DNA of 64,000 nt from Clostridia bacterium. GTDB lineage: Bacteria; Bacillota; Clostridia; JAAYHZ01. The stretch is from positions 128,001 to 192,000 of the forward strand of contig JBMNIH010000010.1 in NCBI GenBank assembly GCA_050950825.1. Reading direction: 5' to 3'. Below the pieces are notes generated by a model. It had not been told where the DNA came from. It worked only from the letters and a program-made list of their open reading frames with translations, and made no database searches. Numbering within the stretch: the first letter of the stretch is position 1; each line of letters begins with the position of its first letter. The position numbers and the translations under genes were made by a program. Shown in pieces: positions 1 to 16,156 of this stretch.

Positions 1-2821
<2,821 letters not shown>

Positions 2822-3079
2822 TTTCCTTTGGTCCATCATTTCATATAGGTTGATTGTCCCAAGCTCGTCGCTTTTCCTGATTATTTTTTTAGCATTGTTT
2901 CAGCATTGTTTTTTTGTCGTTTTCGATAAAATTGCAGACTCAGTGAGTCACTCGTTACCGTTTTTTATTTCGGCTTCTCGTTTTAACTCTCTTTGTCTTC
3001 CTTTTTGTCGCGGTTCCATTCTTCATGGAACCTTTTGACGCATTATGCAGTTTTCAAGGTGCGATCGCTTGCGCGCTTT

Positions 3080-3155
3080 TGGTGGAGATAAAGAGATTCG
3101 AACTCTTGACCCCCTGCTTGCAAGGCAGGTGCTCTCCCAACTGAGCTATACCCCC
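3080..3155 (-). tRNA. tRNA-Ala(TGC) in the 16S-23S spacer
   Basis: GGGGGTATAGCTCAGTTGGGAGAGCACCTGCCTTGCAAGCAGG...TCTCCACCA; 76 nt, G3:U70 pair, encoded CCA. Confidence 0.97.
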
Positions 3156-3242
3156 GTAAAAAGAACCTCGATGAATTTACAGTGTATTGAACCGTCAATC
3201 GACCTTATACGATTACGGCGAAATTTCTTCCGTCGTCAATCT

Positions 3243-4789
<1,547 letters not shown>

Positions 4790-4978
4790 AATCTTCAAAC
4801 CCTTTTTCGGGTCTCTTGTTTGTCCTGTCTTTTTTTAGACTTTTTGTCCCGTGCGATTTATTTCGCACTTTGGATTTACTTTTAAATGTTAAACTCTCGC
4901 TTTTTCAAGCTTAAGTTTGACGGGTTCAATACACTGTTCATTTTTCAAGGTTCTGTGCCGTCTCGCGACGGCTTGCTT

Positions 4979-5008
4979 ATGATAACACAGCGATTCATTT
5001 CCTGTCAA
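4979..5008 (-). promoter_or_regulatory. sigma-A promoter of the rRNA operon
   Basis: TTGACA-N18-TATCAT with TG extension; a boxA-like CCTTGAAAAATGAAC follows, and the leader (about 4917-4937) is complementary to the post-16S spacer (about 3179-3198), forming a processing stem. Confidence 0.8.
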
Positions 5009-5097
5009 GGGTGATAAAAATGATTTTTTTAGCCGTTTTTGCCGATTATATGAATTTATACGAAGATAATTTATGAATTTAACTGTCTAGCTGTTGA

Positions 5098-5126
5098 ATA
5101 AAAGAAATACCGGCGGTGCCGGTATT
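5098..5126 (-). terminator. intrinsic terminator after gyrA
   Basis: AATACCGGC/GCCGGTATT inverted repeat followed by TCTTTT on the minus strand. Confidence 0.65.
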
Positions 5127-5157
5127 CATTTTATCTGTTTTTTCTTTTTAATTTTCA

Positions 5158-7767
5158 TCAAATATCGTATTCGTCTTCTTCGTCGCTTTCATCCCAAGGA
5201 TCGCGATAGTCATCGTCCTCGTCTTCCGATTCGAAATCGTCCTCCCTGTACTTCGAGCGACAAATTCCGCTTTTCGCTCTTTTGTCCGCTTCGTTCAATT
5301 CGTCTTCTTCCTCCGCCTCGGGAATGATTCTTGCCAGGCTTACCACTTGGTTATCCTCCGTCGTCTTCATTAAGGTTACGCCCATGGTAATTCTGCCTAA
5401 CAAACTGATTTCCTTGACCGGAACACGAATCACGGTACCGTCTTTCGTGATCATGATGGCGTCGTCTTCTTCGTCCACCATCTTCATTCCCACGACTTTT
5501 CCGGTTTTTTCGGTAATCTTATACGTTCTTACCCCTTTTCCTCCCCGCTTAATGGTTGTATATTCTTTCGGGTCGGTTCTTTTACCGAATCCGTTTTCCG
5601 TAACAAGAAGCAGCGTACTGTTTTCCCAAACCACACCCATTCCGATTACTTCGTCGTCATCGTCCAGCGTGATTCCCTTTACGCCTTGGGCGGTTCTGCC
5701 CGTCGGCCGGACATCGTTTTCGCTAAAGCGTATGGCCATGCCGTTTTTGGTAACCAGTATAATATCGTCGTTACCGTCGGTAAGACGTACACTGATAAGC
5801 TCATCGTCTTCTCTTAGGGTGATGGCTGCAAGACCGCTTGTACGAATGCTGTCGTACTCGGAAAAGGCCGTTTTCTTAACAAGACCCTTTTTGGTGACAA
5901 ACATCAAGTACTTTCCGTCGCTATAGTCCCGAACGGGTATCGTGGTCTCTATCCGTTCGTCACTGTTCAATTCCAGCAAATTGACGATTGCGGTTCCTTT
6001 TGCTTGTCTTCCGGCCTCCGGTATAACGTATGCCTTTAAGCGGAACATGCGGCCTTTATTGGTAAAGAAGAGAATATAATCGTGGGTTGAGGTGGTAAAC
6101 AAATTAACCACATAATCCTCTTCTCGGGTGGACAGGCCGACAACCCCTTTTCCGCCCCTTCTTTGGCTCTTATACGTATCGCAAGGCAATCGTTTAATAT
6201 ACCCGAAATTCGTAATGGTGATTACGTTTTCTTCTTCTTCGATCAAGTCTTCGATATTAATGTCGTTATCTTCGGCTATTTCGATGCGAGTTCTTCTTTC
6301 ATCGCCGTACTTTTTCTTCATTTCAAGCAATTCTTCTTTAATGATTCCGTGAACCATATGAATATCGGCTAAAACCCTTCTGTAATAATCGATTTTTTCC
6401 TCCAATTCCGCATACTCTTTTTGCAGCTTTTCTCTTTCCAAACCGGTCAGTTGTCCTAACCTCATATCCACGATATGCTGGGCTTGGATTTCGGTAAACC
6501 CGAAATTTTCGATCAAACGGGTTTTCGCCACGGCCGTCGTAGACGAAGAACGAATGGTAGCAATGATCTCATCGATAATATCCAACGCGCGAAGCAAGCC
6601 TTCTAAAATGTGGGCTCTCGCTTCCGCCTTTTCCAAATCAAAACGCGTTCTTCTTTGAACGACATCCACCTGGTGATCCACGTAATGAGAAATGGCTTCC
6701 TTTAAGTTGAAAATAATAGGTACAAACCTGCCTTTTTCGTCCTGAGCCAATGCAAGCATGTTTACACTGAATACATCTTGCATTTGTGTGTATTTGTACA
6801 ATTGGTTCAAAACGATATTCGGGCTGGCATCTTTTTTTAACGTAATGGAAATGCGGATTTCTTCCTTGCGATCCGATTCGTCGGTGATATCGGCAATACC
6901 GTCAATTCTTTTTTCCTTGACCAGCTCGGCGATTTTAACGATTAATCTTGCTTTATTTACCAGATACGGTAAGTCCTTTACAATAATTTTATGTCTGTTG
7001 CCGACCTCCACGATCTCCGTATTTGCTCGGACGATGATTCGGCCTTTTCCTGTTCTGTACGCTTCTCTGATTCCTCGAAGGCCTACAATGGTTCCGTAAG
7101 TAGGAAAGTCCGGCCCTTTGATATATTGCATCAATTCGTCTACGGTAATATCGGGATTATCGATAAAAGCACAAATACCGTCAATAACTTCCCCTATATT
7201 ATGAGGGGGAATGTTCGTAGCCATACCTACCGCAATGCCCGAGGATCCGTTGATCAACAAATTCGGAACGCGAGAAGGCAGAACCACGGGTTCAAAATCG
7301 TGTTCATCAAAGTTCGGTTGAAAATCAACCGTATCTTTATTAATATCCGCCAGCATTTCCATGGCGATTTTATGCATTTTGGCTTCGGTGTAACGCATAG
7401 CGGCGGGAGGATCCCCGTCTCTGGAACCGAAGTTACCGTGTCCGTCTACCAAAGGATACCTTAAAGAAAAATCTTGGGCCATTCGAACCAAGCTGTCGTA
7501 TGCAGCCGCATCTCCATGAGGGTGAAAGCTTCCTAAAACGTCCCCTACCGTGGTGGCACATTTTCTGTAAGGCTTGTCCGGAGTAAGACCGGATCGATAC
7601 ATAGAGTACAGGATTCTTCGATGAACCGGTTTTAATCCGTCGCGAATATCAGGCAAAGCCCTGTCGACAATAACGCTCATGGCGTAATCGATGAAGGACT
7701 TCTTCATTTCTTCTTCTATATCTACCGGTATGATATGCTGATTTTTATTGATATCTTCGGTTGTCAT
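5158..7767 (-). CDS. gyrA: DNA gyrase subunit A
   Basis: [28 protein letters not shown] catalytic Tyr, GyrA-box QRRGGKG, acidic tail. Confidence 0.97.
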   Translation of the reverse strand: MTTEDINKNQHIIPVDIEEEMKKSFIDYAMSVIVDRALPDIRDGLKPVHRRILYSMYRSGLTPDKPYRKCATTVGDVLGSFHPHGDAAAYDSLVRMAQDFSLRYPLVDGHGNFGSRDGDPPAAMRYTEAKMHKIAMEMLADINKDTVDFQPNFDEHDFEPVVLPSRVPNLLINGSSGIAVGMATNIPPHNIGEVIDGICAFIDNPDITVDELMQYIKGPDFPTYGTIVGLRGIREAYRTGKGRIIVRANTEIVEVGNRHKIIVKDLPYLVNKARLIVKIAELVKEKRIDGIADITDESDRKEEIRISITLKKDASPNIVLNQLYKYTQMQDVFSVNMLALAQDEKGRFVPIIFNLKEAISHYVDHQVDVVQRRTRFDLEKAEARAHILEGLLRALDIIDEIIATIRSSSTTAVAKTRLIENFGFTEIQAQHIVDMRLGQLTGLEREKLQKEYAELEEKIDYYRRVLADIHMVHGIIKEELLEMKKKYGDERRTRIEIAEDNDINIEDLIEEEENVITITNFGYIKRLPCDTYKSQRRGGKGVVGLSTREEDYVVNLFTTSTHDYILFFTNKGRMFRLKAYVIPEAGRQAKGTAIVNLLELNSDERIETTIPVRDYSDGKYLMFVTKKGLVKKTAFSEYDSIRTSGLAAITLREDDELISVRLTDGNDDIILVTKNGMAIRFSENDVRPTGRTAQGVKGITLDDDDEVIGMGVVWENSTLLLVTENGFGKRTDPKEYTTIKRGGKGVRTYKITEKTGKVVGMKMVDEEDDAIMITKDGTVIRVPVKEISLLGRITMGVTLMKTTEDNQVVSLARIIPEAEEEDELNEADKRAKSGICRSKYREDDFESEDEDDDYRDPWDESDEEDEYDI

Positions 7768-7907
7768 TTAAAAAAACTCCGTTCAATTTGTTTTGCCTTA
7801 TAATCTGTATCGTCTTATTATACTACATTTTGTTTAATAATTGTATACAAAATCGACGGTTTGCTCTTAAAAACGCCTTTGGAGGAGGAAAACCGGTTTT
7901 TTACGAA

Positions 7908-8753
7908 TCACGTTTTCGGTATTTTTACGATAAATTCGTAATATTCATCGTTATCCGTTTGTATGGTTTCCGCATCGATTCCGGACTTCACCATCATATC
8001 AATGGCTTGTTTTACCGTATTGACAAAAATACGAATATCCATCACCGCGCTTTTTTCTTTTTTTCTCAAGTTCGCTTTTTTGTGTCCCGCCACAAAATTT
8101 CGTGTCATGTCCTTTACCAGCATTTCGGTTTCTTGGACGTTCAAGTTGTTTTCACGAACCTTCCTCAATATTTTCAATTGATCCTCTTCATTATCGATCT
8201 GCAGCAAGCAACGGGCGTGGCGTTCCGACAAATGATGGTTCATAATAACGGTTTTCACCATGGGAGATAGGCGAAGAAGCCGAATTTTGTTAGCAATGGC
8301 CGCTTGGCTTTTCCCGATCTCCATGCCCAATTCTTCTTGGGTCATTTTGTACCGTTTCATGATCTGTTCGTATGCTTCCGCCTCTTCGATGCAGTTCAAA
8401 TCCTCTCTTTGCAAATTCTCTATCAATGCGATTAACGCCGAGTCAAGCTCGTCCACGTCAATAACCACGCAGGGTATTCGATCCAAGCCCGCCATAATGG
8501 CGGCTCGCAATCGCCTTTCCCCGGTAATCAGCTCATACTTTCCTTCCTTATTTTTTCTTACGTTCACAGGCTGTATGACGCCGTGGTTACGTATGGATTC
8601 GGATAACTCGGTCAGTGCTTTCGTATCAAATACTTTTCTAGGCTGATTCGGATTTTTTAAAATCTCATCCGGATGAAGATAGACGATATAACCGTCTTTC
8701 TTTTTCTTCAAGACTCTACCGATGCCCATGAAGGATAATTTTTTTTCAAGCAT
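7908..8753 (-). CDS. noc: nucleoid occlusion protein Noc-like ParB-family protein (paralogue 2)
   Basis: NPNQPRK, GERRLRA, ENLQREDL, HTH KSQAAIANKIRLL, ERHAR, C-terminal DIRIFVNT; start moved to ATG 8753 after SD AGGCGGTG. Confidence 0.85.
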   Translation of the reverse strand: MLEKKLSFMGIGRVLKKKKDGYIVYLHPDEILKNPNQPRKVFDTKALTELSESIRNHGVIQPVNVRKNKEGKYELITGERRLRAAIMAGLDRIPCVVIDVDELDSALIALIENLQREDLNCIEEAEAYEQIMKRYKMTQEELGMEIGKSQAAIANKIRLLRLSPMVKTVIMNHHLSERHARCLLQIDNEEDQLKILRKVRENNLNVQETEMLVKDMTRNFVAGHKKANLRKKEKSAVMDIRIFVNTVKQAIDMMVKSGIDAETIQTDNDEYYEFIVKIPKT

Positions 8754-8811
8754 TGTTTGCACCGCCTATTTAAAATAAATGGGATCTGTTTTCGGTTCTC
8801 TTTCTCGCTTT

Positions 8812-9648
8812 TTATTGCTTGGGAATTCGAATGATGAATTCAATATAGGTTCCGCGGTCGAATTGTGCTGCTTTGGCTTTCACTCCGGCCTGCAGCATAA
8901 CATTGACGGCCTGTTTCACGCTTTTGACAAAAACGCGAATATCCTGAATCACCTTTTTGCGTTTATCCTCTTTGCTTTTGGCTGCCTGAGGCTCCGAGGA
9001 TCCGGAAAGAACTTTTTCTACCAAATTCTCCGACCTTTTTACGTTTAAGTTCTCCTCGCAAATCTTTTTCAGCACCTGAAGCCGGGACTCATCATCCGGT
9101 AGTCTTAATAGACAACGGGCATGGCGTTCCGTCAAATTGTTGTCAAGCAAAATCTTCGTTACCATAGGCGAAAGCTTCAGAAGCCTAAGTTTGTTTGCAA
9201 TGGTGGACTGGCTTTTTCCCAATTTAGCCGCTAAGCTTTCTTGGGTCATGTTATGTTCTTTTAAAATGCGGTAATATCCTTGGGCTTCCTCTATGTAATT
9301 CAGGTTTTCCCTCTGCAGGTTTTCAATCAACGCCATTAACGCCGAATCGTTGTCTCCAACATTTACCACCATGCAGGGTATTTTTGTCACCCCGGCCAAT
9401 CCGGCGGCACGAAGTCTTCTCTCCCCTGCGATAAGCTCGTACTTGTCGTTGCCTATCTTGCGGACGCTCAAAGGCTGTATAATGCCGTAGGTCTTTATGG
9501 AGTTGCTTAATTCCCGCAAAGATTCGTTGTCGAAAAATTTTCTCGGCTGGTAGGGATTCGGAATAATTTTATCCGAGTGAAGATAGATAATGTCGTTGTC
9601 ATCCTTTTTTCTTTTTTCCGCTTGTACCGTCAATCTGTTTTCCAACAT
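8812..9648 (-). CDS. noc: nucleoid occlusion protein Noc (paralogue 1)
   Basis: NPYQPRK, GERRLRA, KSQSTIANKLRLLKL, LTERHAR; canonical position after rsmG. Confidence 0.88.
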   Translation of the reverse strand: MLENRLTVQAEKRKKDDNDIIYLHSDKIIPNPYQPRKFFDNESLRELSNSIKTYGIIQPLSVRKIGNDKYELIAGERRLRAAGLAGVTKIPCMVVNVGDNDSALMALIENLQRENLNYIEEAQGYYRILKEHNMTQESLAAKLGKSQSTIANKLRLLKLSPMVTKILLDNNLTERHARCLLRLPDDESRLQVLKKICEENLNVKRSENLVEKVLSGSSEPQAAKSKEDKRKKVIQDIRVFVKSVKQAVNVMLQAGVKAKAAQFDRGTYIEFIIRIPKQ

Positions 9649-9684
9649 AAAATCACCTCTTGCTTAAGATTTACAATATCTGTA

Positions 9685-9712
9685 ATTTCTACAAGCAAGA
9701 GGTAATTCCTTC
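9685..9712 (-). promoter_or_regulatory. sigma-H-like promoter upstream of noc, overlapping an SD-sequestering hairpin
   Basis: Minus strand GAAGGAATT-N11-GTAGAAAT resembles the sigma-H consensus RNAGGAWWW-N11/12-RNNGAAT. Confidence 0.5.
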
Positions 9713-9739
9713 TTTCAAAAAGAAAAATTTTTAAATTTT

Positions 9740-10459
9740 TTATAAAGGTTTTTTGGAAGGGAGTCCCGCTTTTCTCGGATATTTTTCCGGAACGGTTCCC
9801 GTTAATTGAAAAACAACAATGCTGCGAGCAATATCCGTGTTCGGAAGGAAAAACCGATCACAGCGAACAAAGGTTGACCGAAGCTCGGAAAGAGCGTTTT
9901 TGCAAGAATCCAGCTCCTCATCCACATTCGAGCTTTTCATCGCTACAAAAATACCGCCTTTTTTTAAAAGAGGAATGCAATACTCCGCCAAAACCGGCAA
10001 AGAAGCTACCGCCCTGGCTACGGCGCAATCGAACTTTCCTCTGTATTCCGGAAGATGTCCGATATCCTCTGCACGGCCGTGGACATATCGGGCAGGTTCT
10101 ACGGATAACGCGCTTCCGCATTCACGAATGAATTCCACCTTTTTCGCCGTCGAATCCAAAAAGGTTACTTCTTTATCGGGATAAAGAAGTTTCAACGGCA
10201 TTCCGGGAAAACCGGCGCCGGTGCCCACGTCGATGATTGTCCGGCAATCCTTTACGTATTCCGCCGCCGTCAAGGAATCCAAGATATGTTTTACGACAAA
10301 CTCATAAGGGTCCTCGATGGACGTCAAATTCATAACGCGGTTTTTTTCCAAGACCATGTTCATATGCCTGTACAATTTATCGATCTGCTCCTCGGTTATA
10401 TCCTGTACAGGTCCCGATTTGATTATTTTGGCAAATTCGGTTATGTTCATTTTACTCAA
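9740..10459 (-). CDS. rsmG: 16S rRNA m7G527 methyltransferase (GidB)
   Basis: [40 protein letters not shown]. Confidence 0.96.
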   Translation of the reverse strand: MSKMNITEFAKIIKSGPVQDITEEQIDKLYRHMNMVLEKNRVMNLTSIEDPYEFVVKHILDSLTAAEYVKDCRTIIDVGTGAGFPGMPLKLLYPDKEVTFLDSTAKKVEFIRECGSALSVEPARYVHGRAEDIGHLPEYRGKFDCAVARAVASLPVLAEYCIPLLKKGGIFVAMKSSNVDEELDSCKNALSELRSTFVRCDRFFLPNTDIARSIVVFQLTGTVPEKYPRKAGLPSKKPL

Positions 10460-12375
10460 TCATCCTGTTCCGACTTTTCTTCTTTAGGACGTCTTCTTGT
10501 TTGCTCCAGATAAATTTGCAAAACGGCGATATCCGCAGGATTCACCCCGGATATACGGGAGGCTTGCCCCAATGATACCGGCCTTACCTTGGATAAAATG
10601 TCCCTTGCTTCGATTCGGATTCCTTCCACCTTGCCGTAATCTATGTTTTCCGGTATCTTTCGGTTTTCCAGCTTTTTAAATTGCTCCGCCTGCATCAATT
10701 GTTTGACTATATATCCTTCGTATTTAATGGCTATGGAGACCTGCTCCTGCACAGCATAAGGCAGCTGCTGTCTTCCGGGATCAATGGGCTCCAATTTGAA
10801 ATAGTCCAGCTCGGGCCTTTTGATCAAATCCTCCAATTTGAATCCGGAGGATATGGGCGTGCTGTTATAGCTTATCAACAGATCGTTTACCTCTTTCGAA
10901 GGAGGCACCGTGGTTTTTTTCACCCTTGCGATCTCTTGTGCAATCATTTCTTTTTTGCGGCAAAAAGCTTGGTACCGCTCGTCGCCGACCAAACCCACCT
11001 TCCAACCGATTTCCGTTAATCGCATATCCGCATTGTCCTGTCTTAACAAAAGCCGATACTCCGCCCTGGAGGTCATCATCCGGTAAGGCTCGGAAACACC
11101 TTTGGTTACCAAATCGTCGATCAAAACACCGATATATCCTTGGGATCGGTCAATAACCAAAGGTTCTCTTCCTTGTAATTTCAAAGCGCTGTTGATTCCG
11201 GCAATCAAACCCTGTGCCGCCGCTTCTTCATAACCGGAGGTTCCGTTGCTTTGTCCCGCGGAAAAAAGTCCTTTGACATTTTTGAACTCCAAAGAGGGTT
11301 TTAACTGAAGAGGATCAAAGCAATCGTACTCGATGGCATAACCGCATCGGGTGAACTTTACGTTCTCCAAGCCTTTCACCGTTCGCGCCATTCTTACTTG
11401 TACGTCTTCGGGGAGCGAAGAGGACATACCGGCCAAATACATCTCGTACGTATTTCTTCCCATGGGTTCTATAAAAATGTGGTGACGGTCCTTATCCGGA
11501 AATTTTACGATCTTATCCTCGATGGAAGGACAATACCTGGGGCCTTTTCCTTCGATTACGCCGCTGTACAAGGGAGACCGGTGCAAATTTTCCCGGATGA
11601 TTTGGTGCGTTTTCTCGTTGGTATGGGTCAGCCAACAAGATATTTGGTCAATTTCCAACTCCTCGTTCTCAAAAGAAAATGGAACCACTCGGTCGTCTCC
11701 CGGCTGCTCCGTCAATTCGGAAAAATCGATGGTTCTTTTGTTCACTCTTGCCGGAGTTCCGGTTTTAAACCGCAGCAGCTTAAGACCGTTTTTCACCAAG
11801 CATGCGGATAATCGAGCGGCGGGAAATTCTCCGTCCGGACCTCCGTCGTAAACCGTATCTCCGATAATGATTCGAGATCTTAAATAGGTACCGGTACAAA
11901 CCACAATGCATTTTCCGTAATACACGGTTCCCAAATTGGTTACCACGCCTTTTACGCATTTTTCTTGGTTTTCGTCGGTATCAAACAAAATTTCCACAAT
12001 CTCATGCTGCCGAATATCCAAGTTTTCTTGTTTTTCCAACACAAGCTTCATTTCCTGTCTGTATTTGTCTCGATCGATTTGCGACCGTAAGGAATACACG
12101 GCAGGACCTTTCGAGGTATTCAACATTTTGCATTGAATCATGGCTTTATCCGCGGTTTTGGCCATTTGTCCGCCTAGAGCGTCAATTTCACGCACCAAAT
12201 GGCCTTTTCCGGTACCGCCGATGCTGGGATTGCAGGGCAAATTGGCGATACGGTCCATGTTCATAACAAATACCACCGTGCTGCATCCCATTCTTGCGGC
12301 GGCCAATGCGGCTTCGCATCCCGCATGTCCCGCACCGATTACGATTACATCATATTCACCTGCTATATACGTCAT
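10456..12375 (-). CDS. mnmG: tRNA uridine-5-carboxymethylaminomethyl(34) synthesis enzyme MnmG (GidA)
   Basis: [44 protein letters not shown]; start set to the ATG after SD AAGGTGA. Confidence 0.97.
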   Translation of the reverse strand: MTYIAGEYDVIVIGAGHAGCEAALAAARMGCSTVVFVMNMDRIANLPCNPSIGGTGKGHLVREIDALGGQMAKTADKAMIQCKMLNTSKGPAVYSLRSQIDRDKYRQEMKLVLEKQENLDIRQHEIVEILFDTDENQEKCVKGVVTNLGTVYYGKCIVVCTGTYLRSRIIIGDTVYDGGPDGEFPAARLSACLVKNGLKLLRFKTGTPARVNKRTIDFSELTEQPGDDRVVPFSFENEELEIDQISCWLTHTNEKTHQIIRENLHRSPLYSGVIEGKGPRYCPSIEDKIVKFPDKDRHHIFIEPMGRNTYEMYLAGMSSSLPEDVQVRMARTVKGLENVKFTRCGYAIEYDCFDPLQLKPSLEFKNVKGLFSAGQSNGTSGYEEAAAQGLIAGINSALKLQGREPLVIDRSQGYIGVLIDDLVTKGVSEPYRMMTSRAEYRLLLRQDNADMRLTEIGWKVGLVGDERYQAFCRKKEMIAQEIARVKKTTVPPSKEVNDLLISYNSTPISSGFKLEDLIKRPELDYFKLEPIDPGRQQLPYAVQEQVSIAIKYEGYIVKQLMQAEQFKKLENRKIPENIDYGKVEGIRIEARDILSKVRPVSLGQASRISGVNPADIAVLQIYLEQTRRRPKEEKSEQDD

Positions 12376-12415
12376 CTTTTCACCTTTTTTCATACCGGAT
12401 TCGAAATAAAATAAA

Positions 12416-13807
12416 TTATTTGCCTACACAAAAGTTTGCAAAAATTCTATCTATAATGTCGTCGGATGCCGTTTCTCCCGTAAGCAGCCCCAACCGATAC
12501 ACGGCTCCGTTCAAGTCGATGGTAACAAGGTCCACCGGGGTATTTTCTTTTAATCCCCGTATGGAATCTTTTACGTATTGATAAGCCGTTTCCAAAATGT
12601 TTTTATGTCGAACATTGGTTACGACGGTTTGGTTTTTCGTATCCAATTTCCCCGGAAGGAGCAATTCTTCCAATTTTTCGTACAACAAATTGATCCCTTG
12701 GCCGCTTTTTAACGATACGGCCACCGGTTTTCGACCGGTTTCTTTTTCTATGACAGCCGATCCTTCTTTTACTTTTTCCTCGGAAGCCAAATCGATTTTA
12801 TTTAATATCACTAAAATCTTTTTATCGTTAAATTTTTCGAAAAACTCTTTATCGTCTTCGTTCCATTCGCTGCGTACATCCGCCATATAAAGAATCAGGT
12901 CGGCTTTCTCCGCAGCTCCGTAGCTTTTTTCGATACCGATTTTTTCGATGATATCTTGGGTATCGCGAATACCGGCGCTGTCGGATAGATTGACAAACAC
13001 CCCTTTGATATTGGCATAGTCCTGAATAATGTCCCTCGTGGTACCGGGAATGTCGGTGACAATCGCTCGGTCGCTGCCTAAAAGCTCGTTAAGCAACGAT
13101 GATTTTCCCGTATTAGGCCTTCCTGCGATCAGCACGTTTACTCCTTCCCTGTGCACTTTACCGGTATCGTAGGTATCCATAATCCTTTTTATGGAGCTCT
13201 CGCATTCCTCTAAAGTTAAAATCAACCTGTCTATGACGGATTGCTCCATATCGTCGTCGTTAAACTCGATATGATATTCGATTTCCGCGCTGACGTTTGC
13301 TATACGGTCTTTAACTTCTTTCACCGCACGAGACAGTCTTCCTTCGATGTGGCTTATGGCAATTCTTCTTGCCGCATCCGTCTGGGCGGAAATCAAATCC
13401 ATAACCGCCTCCGCTTGCGATAAATCGATACGTCCGTTCAAAAAAGCTCTTTTGGTAAACTCCCCCGGCTCCGCTACCCGAGCGCCGGCTTTCACCGTTT
13501 CATGAAATACTTTATTGGTGACTACAACGCCGCCGTGGCAGTTAATCTCCACCGTATCCTCTCGAGTATAGGTTTTCGGTCCGTCCATTTTTATAAGCAG
13601 CACTTCGTCGATAACTTCCTCTTCGGCGGAAACGATTTTACCGTAAGCAACGGTATGGGATTTCATGTCCTTGACTTTAGTTTTGCCGCGAAAGATTTTG
13701 TCCGCGATGGAAAAAGCGTCGTCTCCGGAAATACGTATAATTGAAATACCGCTATTTACGACGGCAGTGGAAATAGCGGCAATGGTGTCACGGTCAAATA
13801 TTTGCAT
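12416..13807 (-). CDS. mnmE: tRNA modification GTPase MnmE (TrmE)
   Basis: [35 protein letters not shown]-terminal FCVGK. Confidence 0.97.
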   Translation of the reverse strand: MQIFDRDTIAAISTAVVNSGISIIRISGDDAFSIADKIFRGKTKVKDMKSHTVAYGKIVSAEEEVIDEVLLIKMDGPKTYTREDTVEINCHGGVVVTNKVFHETVKAGARVAEPGEFTKRAFLNGRIDLSQAEAVMDLISAQTDAARRIAISHIEGRLSRAVKEVKDRIANVSAEIEYHIEFNDDDMEQSVIDRLILTLEECESSIKRIMDTYDTGKVHREGVNVLIAGRPNTGKSSLLNELLGSDRAIVTDIPGTTRDIIQDYANIKGVFVNLSDSAGIRDTQDIIEKIGIEKSYGAAEKADLILYMADVRSEWNEDDKEFFEKFNDKKILVILNKIDLASEEKVKEGSAVIEKETGRKPVAVSLKSGQGINLLYEKLEELLLPGKLDTKNQTVVTNVRHKNILETAYQYVKDSIRGLKENTPVDLVTIDLNGAVYRLGLLTGETASDDIIDRIFANFCVGK

Positions 13808-13845
13808 GTTCATACCTCAAACATGAAGTTTCTAATAACGGCATG

Positions 13846-13886
13846 CAATCCTCGTTTTCACTCGAGAAGAATGAAAACGAGGATTG
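13846..13886. repeat. perfect 15-bp inverted repeat between jag and mnmE
   Basis: CAATCCTCGTTTTCA-N11-TGAAAACGAGGATTG, with no U-tract. Confidence 0.85.
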
Positions 13887-13910
13887 AGACAGCCAAAAGC
13901 GATTTTTCTT

Positions 13911-14534
13911 TTAATGTTCCTTTACCTTGATAACTACTCTTCGGTTGGGTTCTTCCCCTATGCTGTAGGTTTCTACGTAGGGATTTTTCTGCAAAGAATA
14001 GTGAATGATTCTTCTTTCGTAAGGATTCATCGGTTCAAAGGTATGGCTTTTCCCCGTTCTGTAAACCTTCTTCGCCAAACGGTTGGCCAAATTGGACAAC
14101 GTTTGTTTTCTTTTTTCTCTGTAATTTTCCGTATCTACGATAACCTTTTTATATATTTCGCTGTTTTTGTTTACTACCAATCCCGTAAGGAATTGAATGG
14201 CATCCAAGGTTTCTCCTCTTCTGCCGATAATGACGCCGCCGTCTTTGCTGATAATATTGTATATGATGGTGTCCTCGTTTTCTCGAACCTCTACTTGTGC
14301 TTCCAAATCCATTTTCTTAAGAAGCGCTTGTAAAAATTCCTTTCCTTCGTGACTGATTCTCTTTTTTACGGTTACTTTGACTTTCGCCATGCGAGTGTTG
14401 AATAATCCGAAAATTCCTTTATTTCCTTCATCCAATACTTCTATAATGGCGTCATCTTCTTTGACGTTAAGTTCCGATAAAGCAAGATCAGTTGCTTCTT
14501 TTACCGTTTTTCCAGTTTTCTCTACCGAATTCAT
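13911..14534 (-). CDS. jag: RNA-binding protein Jag/KhpB/EloR
   Basis: Jag_N start, KH motif IIGRRGETLDAIQ, R3H motif PMNPYERRIIH. Confidence 0.95.
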   Translation of the reverse strand: MNSVEKTGKTVKEATDLALSELNVKEDDAIIEVLDEGNKGIFGLFNTRMAKVKVTVKKRISHEGKEFLQALLKKMDLEAQVEVRENEDTIIYNIISKDGGVIIGRRGETLDAIQFLTGLVVNKNSEIYKKVIVDTENYREKRKQTLSNLANRLAKKVYRTGKSHTFEPMNPYERRIIHYSLQKNPYVETYSIGEEPNRRVVIKVKEH

Positions 14535-15558
14535 TTTTTCTGATCTTCCTCCTTCTGTTCGATTTCTATCCCTTTCCCCTCGATAATATTCTCTTTCTTT
14601 TGACTCATTTTTTTCTCAATTACTTTACCCTTTGCTTCCGCTTGCTTTTGTTCCATTTTATAATTCACAAACAGCTGTTGAACGATTTGGAGTACGTAAG
14701 TGGATATCCAGTATAAACCCATGCCTGCAGGCAATATGAACGAAAAGTACAATGTCATTATCGGGCCCATCCATTTTAAGGAATTCTGCATATTGTCCGC
14801 ACCGTCTTTCGAACCGGCGGTATCGGCTTTTTTCTGCGTAGCTCCCAATTGTATGCGTTGGGAATAAAAAGTCAAAACCGTAGCAACGATCGGGATGATC
14901 AGCAGCGGCAAATACGTGCCCATTTCGGGACCGAATAACATGGATGTGTTTAAGACGGGTTTTTTACCTAAGTTCAATCCCAAGAAATTCATATTCAAAA
15001 CTTCGTTCGGACTGAGAAGATCGCTGACTTTACTTAAATCTCCCGGATTTTTTGAGAAAAACTCAATAATACCGATTTCATTGGAATAATCCGTAGTCGA
15101 AATATTCGCAAAATTCGCCAATTTTCCGATGGTCTCGGTCGCTTTGGTGACCGCCTCTTTTCCCGGTATTCCTGCGGCAATGTATTCGGGTATTTTGTAC
15201 ATATACGTGAGGGGCTTAATCAAAACCCGATAAAGTGCAATCAAAATCGGAAATTGAATCAATAAAGGCAAACATCCTGAAGCCGGATTATAATTATGCT
15301 TTTGATAAAGCTTCATCATTTCTTCGTTTAACTTTTCTTTGTTGTTAGCATACATTTTCTGCAGCTTCTGCAATTCGGGCTGCAGTTCTTGCATTTTCGA
15401 TGTGGATTTCATCTGCTTCATCGTCAAAGGCAGCAACAAAAGCTTGGTCAAAATCGTAAAAATGATGATGGCCAATCCGTAATTCTCAAAAGCCAAATAC
15501 TCGTATATAAATCTTAAAAGTGCTCCTAACCGGTTAATATTCCATTCCAAATTCCCAT
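14531..15558 (-). CDS. yidC: membrane protein insertase YidC (apparent 1-nt deletion near 15528)
   Basis: GLAIIIFT, QPELQKLQK, GCLPLLIQFPI, GLYW; SD AAAGGA plus ATG at 15558 gives MGIWNGILTG, which joins the main frame only if one T is added at about 15528. Confidence 0.92.
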
Positions 15559-15569
15559 ACTGTTCCTTT

Positions 15570-15779
15570 CTACTTGACAGGATCATACCCTCCGGGATGA
15601 AAGGGGTGACATTTCAATATTCTTTTGATAGATAGGAAAACACCTTTAAAAACACCGTATTTCGATATGGCCTCAAGGGCATATTGTGAACAAGTAGGGA
15701 TAAATCTGCAAGACGGCTTTTTTAAAGGCGATATATACTGCTGATAGAACTTTATACTTGCGATGAAAAATTCTTTCAA
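15570..15779 (-). CDS. yidD: membrane protein insertion efficiency factor YidD
   Basis: [30 protein letters not shown]. Confidence 0.95.
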   Translation of the reverse strand: MKEFFIASIKFYQQYISPLKKPSCRFIPTCSQYALEAISKYGVFKGVFLSIKRILKCHPFHPGGYDPVK

Positions 15780-16126
15780 TCAACTTTCTCCATGTCAAAT
15801 AAATTACCTTTTTTTAATAAATACCTCATTTCCCTTTTTATATCCCAAAACCCGGGAAGGTCGTCGCTCTTTCTAACCATAAACACCAAGTCGTATCCAA
15901 TCGGAATTTTGTCTTCCATCAAACGATAGTTTTCCTTCACAATTCGCTTCATTCTGTTGCGAACAACGCTCTTGCCAATCTTCTTCCCGGTAGAGATACC
16001 CAATCTGTTAAAATCAAAAGTGTTTTTTAAATAATATAATACAAGATATTTGCCGGTACAAAATTGTCCTTTGCTATATACTCTCTGAAACTCATAATTT
16101 TTTTGCAGAGAACGAGTATTTTTCAT
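15776..16126 (-). CDS. rnpA: ribonuclease P protein component
   Basis: [21 protein letters not shown] (RNR motif); canonical position. Confidence 0.95.
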   Translation of the reverse strand: MKNTRSLQKNYEFQRVYSKGQFCTGKYLVLYYLKNTFDFNRLGISTGKKIGKSVVRNRMKRIVKENYRLMEDKIPIGYDLVFMVRKSDDLPGFWDIKREMRYLLKKGNLFDMEKVD

Positions 16127-16156
16127 TTCAAATTGATTCCTCTTATGATCTCGTTC

